Below, in pieces: positions 48,998 to 60,043 of a stretch of 64,000 nt of DNA; position 1 is the first letter of the stretch; each line of letters starts with the position of its first letter. The notes beneath the pieces are model-generated. The model was not told the DNA's origin. It worked only from the letters and a program-made list of their open reading frames with translations, and did not search any database. The position numbers and the translations under genes were made by a program. This stretch comes from a virus (lineage: Duplodnaviria; Caudoviricetes). The stretch lies in IMG/VR virus record IMGVR_UViG_3300025073_000608, positions 1 to 64,000 of that record; one strand, given 5' to 3'.

Positions 48998-50593
48998 ATG
49001 GGAGACTTATCTGTAACATATAATAATAGCACTCTTAGCCCAACCCCGCTAGTTAGGTTTTCTCAACAGTTTATTGATTACAATCAACGATGGGGACAAG
49101 TAGCCCAAATAACTTTAGATGGATTTATCACAGGCATTAACGGTTCTGGGGCCATTAACACTCTAACTAATATTTTTACTGGACAATTTGGGAGATTGAC
49201 TGTATCTGAAATCGGTGGTTCTACTTTATATGATTGGACAAATGTTGTTATTGATAATTTAAGTTTCAGTAATAATTATTTTTATTCTGGAGGGCAAGTT
49301 CCATATTCTATTTCTTTAAAGTCTTATACTATTCCAAGCGGGGTCATTGAACCGATTAATGAATATTCTTTTAGTCAAGGTGATGACGGAATAGTTTCTT
49401 TATCTCATAAAATATCAGCCAAGGGTATTAAAAATTCTTCCTCAGCCTTTAATAATGCTGTAACATTTGTAAAATTTTTCACGGGGGCTAATTCAACGTC
49501 ATTTTTTATTCCCACTGGAAAGCCTGTTTTATTTAATGTTGTTGAGGTGATTGATAGATTAAGTTCTTCTTTTTCAGTTACAGAAACCTATAAATATGTT
49601 ACTGGTTCGACCGACACTTATTTAGAGACATTTTCTGCGACTATTAATAATCCAGTAGACGCTATTTATCCGACGATTGAAACTAATTTAAAAATTCAGG
49701 GTTCTCCATATAACGACTCGGCTGGAAATTTAAGTTCTTCGGTCACAGGGATTAATATTCTTTCTCGTATACAAAATCTTGGTATATTAACTGGCTTTTT
49801 GGGTATTAGTAACTTTTCGTTAAATCAGGATTCAGGAACAAATACTTTTGAAATAAGAAGTAATTATATTTCTGGTTTAACGTCTGGAGATATTACAGGA
49901 TATTTTGATTATAATATTTCTGTAGATGTAGATAGAGTCTTACCAAAAAATGTTTGGAAAATAGAAGGGGAATTTTTTTGTTTGGGACCATTGGATTATA
50001 AATTAAATCAATTATCTCTTTTTAAATCTCAAATAAGCAATTGGAGAACTTATCTTTCAGGATTAATAGTAAGTTCTCCGTTGTTCTCTGGAATTGCAAC
50101 CCCAGGAAATTTTCTTTCTGCCAATCTTCCAATTTCTATTCAAGAGAATTCTGGTGTTGGTAATTTTAAAATTAACATGTCCATGCCTGAAGGGGGAGAT
50201 TTATTAGGAGCTAATCAAAAATATAATGTTTCTGTCCAACCATCTTTATGGAAATTTGATACGTTAGCTGCTGGAAATATTGAAGGACATTATGTAGTTC
50301 AAGATTCTCAAATGAGAAATAGGGCTAAAATTTCTATTGATGTTACTGCTGATTCTTTGAATCCTAAAACTCTTACAAGTATTGCTTCTGGCATTTTGGA
50401 TAGATTAAGAGACATTTATGTGTCAGATGGAGTGGTAATTAATGATAATTTATCAACGGGTTTGTCTGATATCTCTTATAATAAAGAGTGGATAGGTATG
50501 GATACACAAAGTTCTGGCGTATTATATACTAAACTAGTAGGTTCCACGTCTAGAAGTTTTACGAGAATTCCTGGCTACTCTTTTGGTTATTAA
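48998..50593 (+). CDS. tail tip / baseplate protein
   Basis: Synteny; LSPTPLV N-terminus; beta-rich. Confidence 0.5.
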   Translation: MGDLSVTYNNSTLSPTPLVRFSQQFIDYNQRWGQVAQITLDGFITGINGSGAINTLTNIFTGQFGRLTVSEIGGSTLYDWTNVVIDNLSFSNNYFYSGGQVPYSISLKSYTIPSGVIEPINEYSFSQGDDGIVSLSHKISAKGIKNSSSAFNNAVTFVKFFTGANSTSFFIPTGKPVLFNVVEVIDRLSSSFSVTETYKYVTGSTDTYLETFSATINNPVDAIYPTIETNLKIQGSPYNDSAGNLSSSVTGINILSRIQNLGILTGFLGISNFSLNQDSGTNTFEIRSNYISGLTSGDITGYFDYNISVDVDRVLPKNVWKIEGEFFCLGPLDYKLNQLSLFKSQISNWRTYLSGLIVSSPLFSGIATPGNFLSANLPISIQENSGVGNFKINMSMPEGGDLLGANQKYNVSVQPSLWKFDTLAAGNIEGHYVVQDSQMRNRAKISIDVTADSLNPKTLTSIASGILDRLRDIYVSDGVVINDNLSTGLSDISYNKEWIGMDTQSSGVLYTKLVGSTSRSFTRIPGYSFGY

Positions 50594-50596
50594 AAA

Positions 50597-50610
50597 GTGT
50601 AATTAAAAAT
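50597..50610 (+). promoter_or_regulatory. GTGTAA-type candidate late promoter
   Basis: GTGTAATTAAAAAT 25 nt before ATG 50622. Confidence 0.65.
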
Positions 50611-50621
50611 GGAAAAAGGTA

Positions 50622-53078
50622 ATGAATATTGGCCCATTTCTAACATGTATAAGTTATTATAATATTTCTACTGGAGCTTCAAATGCTTTAGAAGGAGTAT
50701 ATTCTTTTAATAGTGGAACAACGGGAATAATATATAATCAACTTTATACTACTGGTCAACACTTTATAAGTGGAGAAATCTCTTCTCAAGCAGTCCCATT
50801 AATTAATCTTTCCCCTTTTCCTTTTACAGGAAATCAATTTTCAGGAAATAACGGATATAGCATTGGATATAAACATACAGGAAATTTCGGTATTATCTTA
50901 GATATTGCCTCGAATGGATGTTCTAAAAGAAGTGGGGCATTTTTAGGTAAAAATCAAATTATAATATCTACAGTTGATAATATCAGCGGATTATCTAGTG
51001 GTTTTTATTTGGGAATTACTGATTCAAATAGACTATTTCTTCAAACATCTGGTAAATTAGAAACATTAAATAAAGAACTTAGTGTTAGAGATTTAATATA
51101 CGTTGGATTAGTAGATAATAGATATATAGATTTTGGTATTGTTAATATGGCCGATAATAGTTATTTTAATGCTTCTTTGTATTTTTCTGGAGCATTTTTA
51201 AATACTTCAAATTTATATTTAGGTGAATTTTTTAATAATAACAATACTGGGGCAACGGGATTCTTTGGTAATATTTATCATGCTATTTTATTTAAAGATT
51301 CTATTTTACCGTATGATATTTCTGTGTGTGCTGATTGTTCTTTTGTTTCTGGATATAATACGGTTACAGGATACTATGCTAGTAGTGGATATCAAATAAC
51401 AGGAACGTATTTTTCAGGAATTCAAGAAGTGGCGGTTACTGGACTATCATATATAACAGGGACAATGACTAGAACTAATGGACAAGTAGTTAATGTTATT
51501 GTCCAATCTGGATTATCTGGATTAGTGACAACTGGTGAAATTGTTTTTCCTTTATTTTCTGGTATTCCATTTACAGGAACACGAAACGATACTGCATTTT
51601 TATATGATTTGGCGACGTTAAGTTCTTTTTCTCAGTATTCTATAGATTTTGATTTATCTTTAACTTCTGGAGATGTTGTAGAAATTTATACTTATTCTAG
51701 AGAAATTCCCTATCTAAGTAGAAAAATTACCGGCAACATGTGGCCTCAAGATACAGGATTTATTCAATTATTTGGTAATGGTTTAGCTGAAACAAATGGG
51801 GTGGATTATTATGTATCCAGAAATAGTATTAGTGGTTTTTTTGATGACGATAATTTAACGTATGATATTTTAAAGAAAAATTCAACCGTTATCCCATATA
51901 GTGGTTATTGGTATCAAAGTAGAATAGCTGTTAGTGGCGGAGGATTTTTTCCTCCATCATCGCAGTTTAATGAACCTACTGGAATAACTGGGGCGATTTT
52001 TATTACTGGGCTATCTGGTATTTGTACTGGAAATAATACTTATCCGTTCTTTGGATATGATTTATATTTAAATGGTCAGAAATTAGTATCGGGATATCAA
52101 TATTCTATTTCTGGTTCTGGGACTAATGGTTTTGTGGTTATATTAACTGGAACAGGATTACCATATTTTTCTGCCGACCAAATTCCAGAGACAGGAATTC
52201 CGTCTGGATTTTCGGATATACAAGATAATGAGTTGTCTTTTATTCCTCAATATAGTGGTTTTTATCGTTATCTTTTTAATATTACTGGTTCCCAAGTGAA
52301 TCTTACTAATATTACTGGATTTTCAGAACAGGTATGGTTAAATGGAATTCGTCAATATTATCAACGAGATTATCGTCGTTTTGTTCCCTGCTCTTTTGTT
52401 AGCGGAATTATTGATATTCCAATTTTAGAATATGTTTTGTATTCTTCTTTAAATTTAGATACTACTGGATATTGGAATTTTGTATTTCCAACAACATATC
52501 ATGTATCTGGGGCGACAGGAATGTGGGTAAGCGGTTCTACAGGATATTCGATTGGATGGACTGGTGGCATTAATTATTATCCAACAGGATTATTTGTCGA
52601 ATTATATAGCAAATTGACTTATCCAGATGGTTCATCAGATGAATATTTTATTCCTTCGGGAATGGTTAGCACTCAAGCCACAGGTATAACTGGATGGTTA
52701 CCATCTAGTAGAAACCACCGAGGTTTTGTTCAGGCAAGGTATCATAGCGGAAATGTTTTTGGACCATTTGGGGTAACTAAAGCTATTAGTGGAATGCCCC
52801 AGGCACCAAATAAAACCGGAGAAACAATAAACTATAATGGACCATCAACATCTTTTACGGGAAGTTTCGACACTTCATCAGCGTTTAGTAATTATTATTT
52901 ACAAACTGAGAGAAATACTGGAAATGGATTTTCTGGTTTTTCTACTTCTGGTTATCCAAATTTTAATGTCGTAGATACGGTTCCAATTACTTTAACATAT
53001 AATTATCGAGCCAAATTTATTGATGGGACAACGGCAAGTCCATATTATACTTGGTATTGGTATTCAGAGATTCCTTAA
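50622..53078 (+). CDS. tail-associated protein with possible LamG/ConA-like N-terminal domain
   Basis: NLYLG...FFGNIYHAILF LamG-like ending; LYLNGQKL and VWLNGIRQ repeats; extremely SG/TG-rich. Confidence 0.5.
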   Translation: MNIGPFLTCISYYNISTGASNALEGVYSFNSGTTGIIYNQLYTTGQHFISGEISSQAVPLINLSPFPFTGNQFSGNNGYSIGYKHTGNFGIILDIASNGCSKRSGAFLGKNQIIISTVDNISGLSSGFYLGITDSNRLFLQTSGKLETLNKELSVRDLIYVGLVDNRYIDFGIVNMADNSYFNASLYFSGAFLNTSNLYLGEFFNNNNTGATGFFGNIYHAILFKDSILPYDISVCADCSFVSGYNTVTGYYASSGYQITGTYFSGIQEVAVTGLSYITGTMTRTNGQVVNVIVQSGLSGLVTTGEIVFPLFSGIPFTGTRNDTAFLYDLATLSSFSQYSIDFDLSLTSGDVVEIYTYSREIPYLSRKITGNMWPQDTGFIQLFGNGLAETNGVDYYVSRNSISGFFDDDNLTYDILKKNSTVIPYSGYWYQSRIAVSGGGFFPPSSQFNEPTGITGAIFITGLSGICTGNNTYPFFGYDLYLNGQKLVSGYQYSISGSGTNGFVVILTGTGLPYFSADQIPETGIPSGFSDIQDNELSFIPQYSGFYRYLFNITGSQVNLTNITGFSEQVWLNGIRQYYQRDYRRFVPCSFVSGIIDIPILEYVLYSSLNLDTTGYWNFVFPTTYHVSGATGMWVSGSTGYSIGWTGGINYYPTGLFVELYSKLTYPDGSSDEYFIPSGMVSTQATGITGWLPSSRNHRGFVQARYHSGNVFGPFGVTKAISGMPQAPNKTGETINYNGPSTSFTGSFDTSSAFSNYYLQTERNTGNGFSGFSTSGYPNFNVVDTVPITLTYNYRAKFIDGTTASPYYTWYWYSEIP

Positions 53079-53080
53079 TT

Positions 53081-56000
53081 ATGGCATATCAAATATTACA
53101 AGGTATAACAATTTCTCCAAAGGGTAATTATAATTCATTACGCTTTGGAAAAAATTTGGTCAGGGGTTCGTGGCCAACTGCATTTGCTTTTGGTGGATGG
53201 ATTTATAATGCTTCTTGTGAGATTGGTTATAGTTCTTCTCCCACAGAGATAAAATTAAGTATCGTATTAGAGGTTGAAAATAGAGCACAAAATTATGCCG
53301 TATTTGATATTAAAGATGACGATTTAAAATGCGGAGCTGGAGACGGAGGGAAAGAAAATTTATATGATATTGATTTCAATGGGGTAACATTTACAGATTT
53401 CATTTTATATCAATATGATATTGAAATACAAAATGAAACTAAAATCCTCAATGTAGTTTTTAAAGATTATTCTTTAATATTAGATAAGATTTATGTTGGT
53501 TTAATAAAAAAACAAGGAAATCAATTTGTTTATACGTTAAATGCAAATATGGAATTTTCTGTAGTTTGTCCAGATTGTTTGCTAGCTGGGGATAGTATTA
53601 CCATGCTGGGACGAGCTAGTAGAGATTTAGCATTTGGTTCCTATGTTGGAATTAACGGTAAAGTATACGATAACTTCGCTTCTACGCTAAAAGTCTCTCA
53701 TATTTATCGTCAATGGGAACAACTGTTTGAATTGAAAACTGAAAAGGTTACATTTGATTTGAATGGAGGATATTTAATATTAGGAACGGAAGAGGCTAGT
53801 GAAGAAAGATGTGGTGATTTAGCTGGGGTTAGTTATAATTTTAATCAATTATTGGCATCTTTAAGACTAAGAGGATTAAAATTTGATGGTGTATTTCCCG
53901 TTGCTGTAAACGATGCTGATTATATTTATCGTCAAAATTATATAGGTTCATTAAGAGAGGTGTTACAACAATGGTGCTCTGATTTAGGATATGATTTTTA
54001 TTGTAGGGGTAAGTCATTTATTGGCATCAATTTAAATAGAGCTATAGATATCTCTAACATTGTCAATATCGCTGACCCAACAACCGCACTGGGTTCCCAG
54101 TTTGCCATTAATCAAAATACAGCCATTCTTTCTTATAAAGCATCAACTAGTTTAGATAACACATTCAAACAATCTGTTATTACTACAAATACTAGAGCAA
54201 AACAATCAAAAACCCATTCTAAAGCCCCTAAAAGATATATAGGAATTTTGCCGTTACATCCAATTGATTTTAATAAAAAATCAAACACGCCAGTATTAAG
54301 AACAGATGTTTTTGGAACTTGGTTTTGGGATGTTGCGTGGACAAATAGTTTCGAAATTGGACATAATGACCGAGAGAAAACTTTATCCGAACTAGACGGA
54401 AGAACGTTTGGTGACATTGATACTTCTATAGCTTTATCAAGATATGATGAAACGTTACGAGATTTATATTGTCAAGACCAAGCTATTTATGGGATGACAG
54501 AGGAAATAAGGGCTTCTAATTTTAGAGCATTAGGGATGGTTCCATTAGTAGAGTTAACTGGCGTAGATAAATCCGCTGTTATTCAAAAAATTGTTGGTGG
54601 TGGTAATGGGGATGAAATATCTAATATCTGTTTGGACCAAAGATTTTATAAGGTTTATGTTGGATATTATTATTCAAGTTTTAAAGAGGATATTCAGCGT
54701 TGGGAACAAGACGCCGCTAGTTCCATGTATAAATATGGGATAGTTACCCAAGGACTTTTAAATAGATTCCCTTATATGTCGGCTAATCAATTGAAAGATT
54801 TAAGCCCAAGTGAAGGGTTTTATGGAGAAGAGGGAACTTCTTTATTAAGAATTTCCCATAATTGTGAGCCCTCTATCACCCAATATTATCAGTTGAAATT
54901 TGCTCCATTTAAAGATTTAATTTTATATTCAGGATTGTTAACCCCAATATCAGAAGCATTACCAATTGCGGTTGACCAAATTGGAACGGGGGTTTTTCCT
55001 GCTGGATTATTTTATTCAGATATAGACAATGAGTGGGGAACGAGCGTAGAAGAATTTAAACGAACTATGTCATTAAATCTTGGAGACGCATGTGTTCAAG
55101 AGTTTAGTTCAGAAGATAATTTTACTAATATTAATAATGCTATTTCAAAAAAATATCAAGATTGGAATTTAGAGTTATTTAAACCAAAAGCATCTCCTAA
55201 TTTAACTGAATTTAGGGGCGAAGTAGCTTTTGCATTGAACAACTTGCCAGTAGTAAGTGATTTGGATAGGCATATTGAATCTTATTATGATTTACATTAT
55301 ATTTCGCAACAAACTTGTTCGAAATTACATTTATTAGTATTAACAGATACAAGAAGCCATCCAAATGTTTATCTATCTTTTAATGCTCGGGGGACTAATT
55401 TTATAAACGGAACAGTTCTTCAACAATTTATTGATAAAGAAAGAGAAGCAACAAAACGAAGAATAGAGACTAAAACACAAAGCATTTGTGACTTATCATT
55501 ACTACAAGAAATGTGCAATAATCTTTTATCTGGCAAATGGGTAGAAGGAGGAAATACTGACCCGAGATATGGTTGTATTATTGATGAAAATAAAGTAAAT
55601 TATTTTACAGAAGGCTTCCCATGGGAATATTTAATTCAACCAAACTCTAGGGGTCTTCAAATAAAAATTGTAAAAAATCCTGTCAGAAATACGGAAATTG
55701 ATAAACTTATTCAAGCTGGGGCAAACTCTGACGTTTATGGAAATCTTTATTGGGCCGATGTTACATCTAATAGTTTATCTTATACGTCTGCCGAAGCAAA
55801 TATGACTATTATTTATCCAGTTTCGACTAATGCTTTGGGGGGATATCGTGGGGTTTTGCAATCACAGGTTGATTTAGAGCTTCGTTCCCCAGAAATTAAC
55901 GAAATATATGGAGAACCAGTTAATACTGATAATAATGGAACATCATCTATTAAAATATTAAATAATAGTGTTGACCCAGACCTTCCCCCACAATTAGACC

Positions 56001-56329
56001 CATATTCTATGAGATTTTTATCTTATATGACAGTTATTACTGGCGAAACACAAGTTCTAACTACTGTTGAATCTTATCATAATTTTATTAAACAAATTAA
56101 TGGATATGAACTAACTACTCCAATGAAATCAGTAGAATTATCTTTAGCTGGTGGTCCAAGTGATTTTGGGGAATTTGTTTCTTATCTTAGTCCCGATTAT
56201 GGATTAAACAGTTTATCCTTAAGTGTAAGTGATAATGGATTAACAACCTCTTTGTCGTTTTCAGATAGACCAAAAGTGCTACCTCGACAAGAGGCGATTT
56301 TAAATAAAATAATACCAAGGATAAAATAA
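53081..56329 (+). CDS. baseplate hub / central tail tip protein
   Basis: YIGSLREVLQQWCSDLGYDFY hub-like segment; ATG 53081 preferred over the overlapping TTG 53051. Confidence 0.55.
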   Translation: MAYQILQGITISPKGNYNSLRFGKNLVRGSWPTAFAFGGWIYNASCEIGYSSSPTEIKLSIVLEVENRAQNYAVFDIKDDDLKCGAGDGGKENLYDIDFNGVTFTDFILYQYDIEIQNETKILNVVFKDYSLILDKIYVGLIKKQGNQFVYTLNANMEFSVVCPDCLLAGDSITMLGRASRDLAFGSYVGINGKVYDNFASTLKVSHIYRQWEQLFELKTEKVTFDLNGGYLILGTEEASEERCGDLAGVSYNFNQLLASLRLRGLKFDGVFPVAVNDADYIYRQNYIGSLREVLQQWCSDLGYDFYCRGKSFIGINLNRAIDISNIVNIADPTTALGSQFAINQNTAILSYKASTSLDNTFKQSVITTNTRAKQSKTHSKAPKRYIGILPLHPIDFNKKSNTPVLRTDVFGTWFWDVAWTNSFEIGHNDREKTLSELDGRTFGDIDTSIALSRYDETLRDLYCQDQAIYGMTEEIRASNFRALGMVPLVELTGVDKSAVIQKIVGGGNGDEISNICLDQRFYKVYVGYYYSSFKEDIQRWEQDAASSMYKYGIVTQGLLNRFPYMSANQLKDLSPSEGFYGEEGTSLLRISHNCEPSITQYYQLKFAPFKDLILYSGLLTPISEALPIAVDQIGTGVFPAGLFYSDIDNEWGTSVEEFKRTMSLNLGDACVQEFSSEDNFTNINNAISKKYQDWNLELFKPKASPNLTEFRGEVAFALNNLPVVSDLDRHIESYYDLHYISQQTCSKLHLLVLTDTRSHPNVYLSFNARGTNFINGTVLQQFIDKEREATKRRIETKTQSICDLSLLQEMCNNLLSGKWVEGGNTDPRYGCIIDENKVNYFTEGFPWEYLIQPNSRGLQIKIVKNPVRNTEIDKLIQAGANSDVYGNLYWADVTSNSLSYTSAEANMTIIYPVSTNALGGYRGVLQSQVDLELRSPEINEIYGEPVNTDNNGTSSIKILNNSVDPDLPPQLDPYSMRFLSYMTVITGETQVLTTVESYHNFIKQINGYELTTPMKSVELSLAGGPSDFGEFVSYLSPDYGLNSLSLSVSDNGLTTSLSFSDRPKVLPRQEAILNKIIPRIK

Positions 56330-58299
56330 TGTTTTTTACTGGGAATAATACATTAAGATTACAAAGGGCAAATGAATTTTCTTTTGCTTTTAATAATATT
56401 CGTGTGTCTGACTGGGGAGAATGTCGTTTTATTTTTTCAGGTTTATCTTTCGAAAAGAATATTTTTTTAAGAAGTGGTTTTATTTTATCTTCTAACAAAC
56501 AAACTGTTTTGTCTTCGTATAATACTGGAGAACCATTTTCGTTGTCTGGCTGGTTTATAAATGATGCCAGTAATAATACTGGAAATATTTGTTACATATT
56601 AGCAAATAGTGTTCCGTTTGTAGAAAGAAATTGCTTAAGACAGACATTAGATGCTATTGGAATAAATGTTGGGGCCGAGAATTTACAATGTGATGTTGAA
56701 GTCTCATCAAGCCCATTTTCATATTCTTTGTCGATGCCAGAAACATTTCGCATTAATGGGACTTTAACAGGAATATATTCTAGTGATATAGTATCTTGGG
56801 TTTATGGACATAGAGCAGAATTTTATAATTCTTTGGAAGAGTCGTTAACTGGAAATCAGATTATTGGATGTTTGGGGACAGGTCAAGAAAGATTAATATT
56901 TAATGACAATGATAGTTCTCAATTAAATAATGAAATTTCATGGAAATTATCTTTATTTGCTAATGAGGGAGAGCAAAATTTAGAATCTTCAACTGAGAGA
57001 AGCGGATTATTCGATGTTTCTATAGAAAATTTAACTGGATTTAATAATTCAAATATTGCTTTTGTTCCTTTTGAGGGAACTTGGTCAGGAAATAATTTTC
57101 TTCATAGTGGGACTAACAGTTCGATTACATTATCTTATTATGCATCTAAAATAGATGGATTAGGAAATATTGATTCTTCGGGTATTCATATTACCGGAAG
57201 AATATCTGGTATCCGTCCTATTGATGGTAATACTTATAGTGGGGTGTATATTACTGGTTTTACTTTAACGAGTAGTGGAGAATATTTAGATATTCCTTTC
57301 GTTAAATTTAGCGGATATTATTATGTTACCGGCATCCAACAAAATTTTAATACTCTTTTATTTAGTAGTGGTTGTACTGGAAATTTGGGTATAAATTTTT
57401 CTGGTATTGGCAATTTTGGGACGGGGGCCACGGGAAAATTACTAACAACAAGAGTTTTATTTCAAGATGTGTATGGTTCGGGTAATCAATACTTTTATGT
57501 AGTTAATGGTTATTCAGGAATAGGTGTTGGTTCTGGATATACTCAGGCTCCAAGAGCAATTATTAATACGGGGGAATGGGGAACTGGATGTTTTGATATT
57601 CCATTAAAATCTGGATATAATGAGGGTTGGTTTTCCCCATTTAATACTTATGGAGCTATTGATATTGCTGCGGGCTATTTAACTGGAGAAGTATTATATA
57701 CTACTGGCACTTTTGGAACAGGAATAACGGGTTATAAAGTAACAGGTATTGATATTACAAATTTAGGTTCGGGATATTCTTCTGGTTTACGACCAATCAT
57801 GAATTTCGAACGAAATTCATTGACAGATACTTATACTGGACAAAATGCCTCTGGGACTCTTCAGATGAGGTTTACAGGGTCAGGGGGTGCTTATAATTTT
57901 TGGAATAAGTGGTCTATTTTTACAGGATTAATGGGAGAAACCCCACAATTATATTATTCTGTTGCCTCTCCCATATTATTTGCTTTTGAACTCCCCCCAG
58001 AGGAAAATTATTTTAATATCAAATTAGTATTTAATGGATTAGATATTACAGAAGAAATGGGTATTAATTTATCATTAGGATTTAATTCAAATTCTATTAC
58101 AAACGTTATATCCGGTTTACGTTCTTATTCAACAGACCCGTATAGCTTAAAAAAAAAGCGTAATGATTTAACAGGAATTTATTCAGAAGGAAATGACCTC
58201 GGATTTTTATTAACACAAGGAGAACTCGATTCGGTTTATAGTTCTGAGGCTTATACAAATAATCCTTGGACTGTCTCTTTGGGAGATTTAGATTTTTAA
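56329..58299 (+). CDS. tail tip / fibre-associated protein
   Basis: GSGYTQAP and ITNLGSGYSS repeats typical of phage tail appendages; very SG/TG-rich. Confidence 0.55.
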   Translation: MFFTGNNTLRLQRANEFSFAFNNIRVSDWGECRFIFSGLSFEKNIFLRSGFILSSNKQTVLSSYNTGEPFSLSGWFINDASNNTGNICYILANSVPFVERNCLRQTLDAIGINVGAENLQCDVEVSSSPFSYSLSMPETFRINGTLTGIYSSDIVSWVYGHRAEFYNSLEESLTGNQIIGCLGTGQERLIFNDNDSSQLNNEISWKLSLFANEGEQNLESSTERSGLFDVSIENLTGFNNSNIAFVPFEGTWSGNNFLHSGTNSSITLSYYASKIDGLGNIDSSGIHITGRISGIRPIDGNTYSGVYITGFTLTSSGEYLDIPFVKFSGYYYVTGIQQNFNTLLFSSGCTGNLGINFSGIGNFGTGATGKLLTTRVLFQDVYGSGNQYFYVVNGYSGIGVGSGYTQAPRAIINTGEWGTGCFDIPLKSGYNEGWFSPFNTYGAIDIAAGYLTGEVLYTTGTFGTGITGYKVTGIDITNLGSGYSSGLRPIMNFERNSLTDTYTGQNASGTLQMRFTGSGGAYNFWNKWSIFTGLMGETPQLYYSVASPILFAFELPPEENYFNIKLVFNGLDITEEMGINLSLGFNSNSITNVISGLRSYSTDPYSLKKKRNDLTGIYSEGNDLGFLLTQGELDSVYSSEAYTNNPWTVSLGDLDF

Positions 58300-58300
58300 T

Positions 58301-59215
58301 ATGTCAGACAATACAGAAAAAATTAAAACTAGAAATAACGAAAAAGCTGAAATAAAAGAAGCTCGCGTTATTGCTAATTATGGTGACCCTGGCCTTGATG
58401 AAGATTATCATTTTGACATTCTTAGCAGATATGTTATTGTAATGATTGAGTCTGTAGATAGAATTTTAACAGCCGATTCCTGGCCATGGACATTAGCTGT
58501 CGTTAAGCGTCCAGAACATTTATGGATTAATGTAGAGGGAGCCCTTACTACCCCAACAGAGCAAAGAAGGTCTGATGCACTTGGTAATGTAAGTATTGGA
58601 TTAGCTGGAAACTATAGCACTTCATCTATAGCCAGAATAAATAATCCATATTATTTAGGGGAAACTATTAAAATTAAAAAACTTCCAAAAGCATTAACCC
58701 CAGCGAATAGTGATATTTTTTTATCTCGCGAAGCAGTTTTTTCCCCAAATATTACATATGGAACATGGCACTCAGAGGGTTCGACTCTTCCATATTTTGC
58801 CGGAAACAGCGATAGAATATTAGCTTTAAGACAAAAAACCATAGAACCATACGAGGGCTCTAATGGATATTATCGTTGTTTTTTGCAGAAGTATCAATAT
58901 GAAGCATTTGCATTATCTATCAATTCTTCGAATAGTAGCAAAAGCGAAATATTAACGAAAGTGTTTTCGAGAACATGGGGAGGGGTGACTCCGGTTTATT
59001 CTTCAAATGGGGGATATCTATTTTATAATTATCCATATATTACATTGGCGGCAATAGATTACGAAGATATTAATATAGATAATAAACAACGAAGTGCTAC
59101 TAATGAATGTATTCCTTTAGTTATTACTACTCCAAATCAGTTTCCGACAGCAAAAACAAGGGCTGTAGGAACTATTTCCTACAACCCTACATATTCTAAT
59201 ATTGTTCGCGGATAG
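58301..59215 (+). CDS. hypothetical protein, last gene of the structural operon
   Basis: 304-aa ORF starting 1 nt after the previous stop. Confidence 0.55.
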   Translation: MSDNTEKIKTRNNEKAEIKEARVIANYGDPGLDEDYHFDILSRYVIVMIESVDRILTADSWPWTLAVVKRPEHLWINVEGALTTPTEQRRSDALGNVSIGLAGNYSTSSIARINNPYYLGETIKIKKLPKALTPANSDIFLSREAVFSPNITYGTWHSEGSTLPYFAGNSDRILALRQKTIEPYEGSNGYYRCFLQKYQYEAFALSINSSNSSKSEILTKVFSRTWGGVTPVYSSNGGYLFYNYPYITLAAIDYEDINIDNKQRSATNECIPLVITTPNQFPTAKTRAVGTISYNPTYSNIVRG

Positions 59216-59216
59216 A

Positions 59217-60008
59217 TTATTTTTTTTCTTCTGCTTGAGCTTCGGCAACTTTAGTTTTAATACGAGCTATTAATTCTAATTGCTTAAATTTTGGAATATC
59301 ATAAATAGATTGAAATAATGATGCTCCCTCTACATTTTCAGCAACAAGTTTTTCTTTGACTTTTGCGAAGGAAATTCCATATTTTTCCATAGTATCTTTT
59401 AAAAGAGTCGATGCTGGGTCTTCTTCAAAAGCGACTGTTCCACCGATTTCTTCTTGAGATACGATATTAATTTTAAGAAAATTTCTAACACAACGGACAA
59501 AAGCTCTATTTTCTGCTATAGGACCAAGAAAATTCTGCCCAAAATTGGTCGTATTTCTTGGATGAGCATCTCCAATAGCAGAAAAAGTAATAGGTCGATT
59601 TTCTGTTTCATAATTTGCTATCCAATCAATGGAACAAACAGCAATAACATATTCTGGTGTTGGGCTGCTAACGACATATTTAACAGAAGTAAATCCTCGA
59701 CATTGAGCTAATTCTTTAATTCCGCCTAATAGGATTAGAAGTTCTTTATCATCTAATCCTTCGATTGACGGTGGAACTGGTTTATTTCGTTTTTCAAAAA
59801 TTTGTTTGTTCGGAACCAGAAACTCTGGTTTTATCATTTTCCTCCAATTAATAGTATTATCAGGATTAAATATATAGTTATTCCCAATAATTAGTCCAGC
59901 ATCATTTCTTGAAATGACGGCTGGAGGAATCCAGCCTATGACTCTATCTGGTTTAAGAGGGTCTAAAACGGGGGCGTTTGTTAATTGATTATCTGGAGAA
60001 TTATTCAT
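59217..60008 (-). CDS. putative Rad52/Sak-like single-strand annealing protein
   Basis: GGIKELAQ, FSAIGDA and IAENRAFVRCVRNFLKINIVSQEEI resemble the AExRAxxRAxR...EE motif of Rad52-superfamily annealases. Confidence 0.5.
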   Translation of the reverse strand: MNNSPDNQLTNAPVLDPLKPDRVIGWIPPAVISRNDAGLIIGNNYIFNPDNTINWRKMIKPEFLVPNKQIFEKRNKPVPPSIEGLDDKELLILLGGIKELAQCRGFTSVKYVVSSPTPEYVIAVCSIDWIANYETENRPITFSAIGDAHPRNTTNFGQNFLGPIAENRAFVRCVRNFLKINIVSQEEIGGTVAFEEDPASTLLKDTMEKYGISFAKVKEKLVAENVEGASLFQSIYDIPKFKQLELIARIKTKVAEAQAEEKK

Positions 60009-60014
60009 AGACTT

Positions 60015-60043
60015 ATGATATCAAGTAGTTATTGGAGTGTCAA
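60015..60043 (-). promoter_or_regulatory. sigma70 consensus promoter (leaderless transcript)
   Basis: TTGACA-17 nt-TATCAT with extended -10 TG, 6 nt before ATG 60008. Confidence 0.75.
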
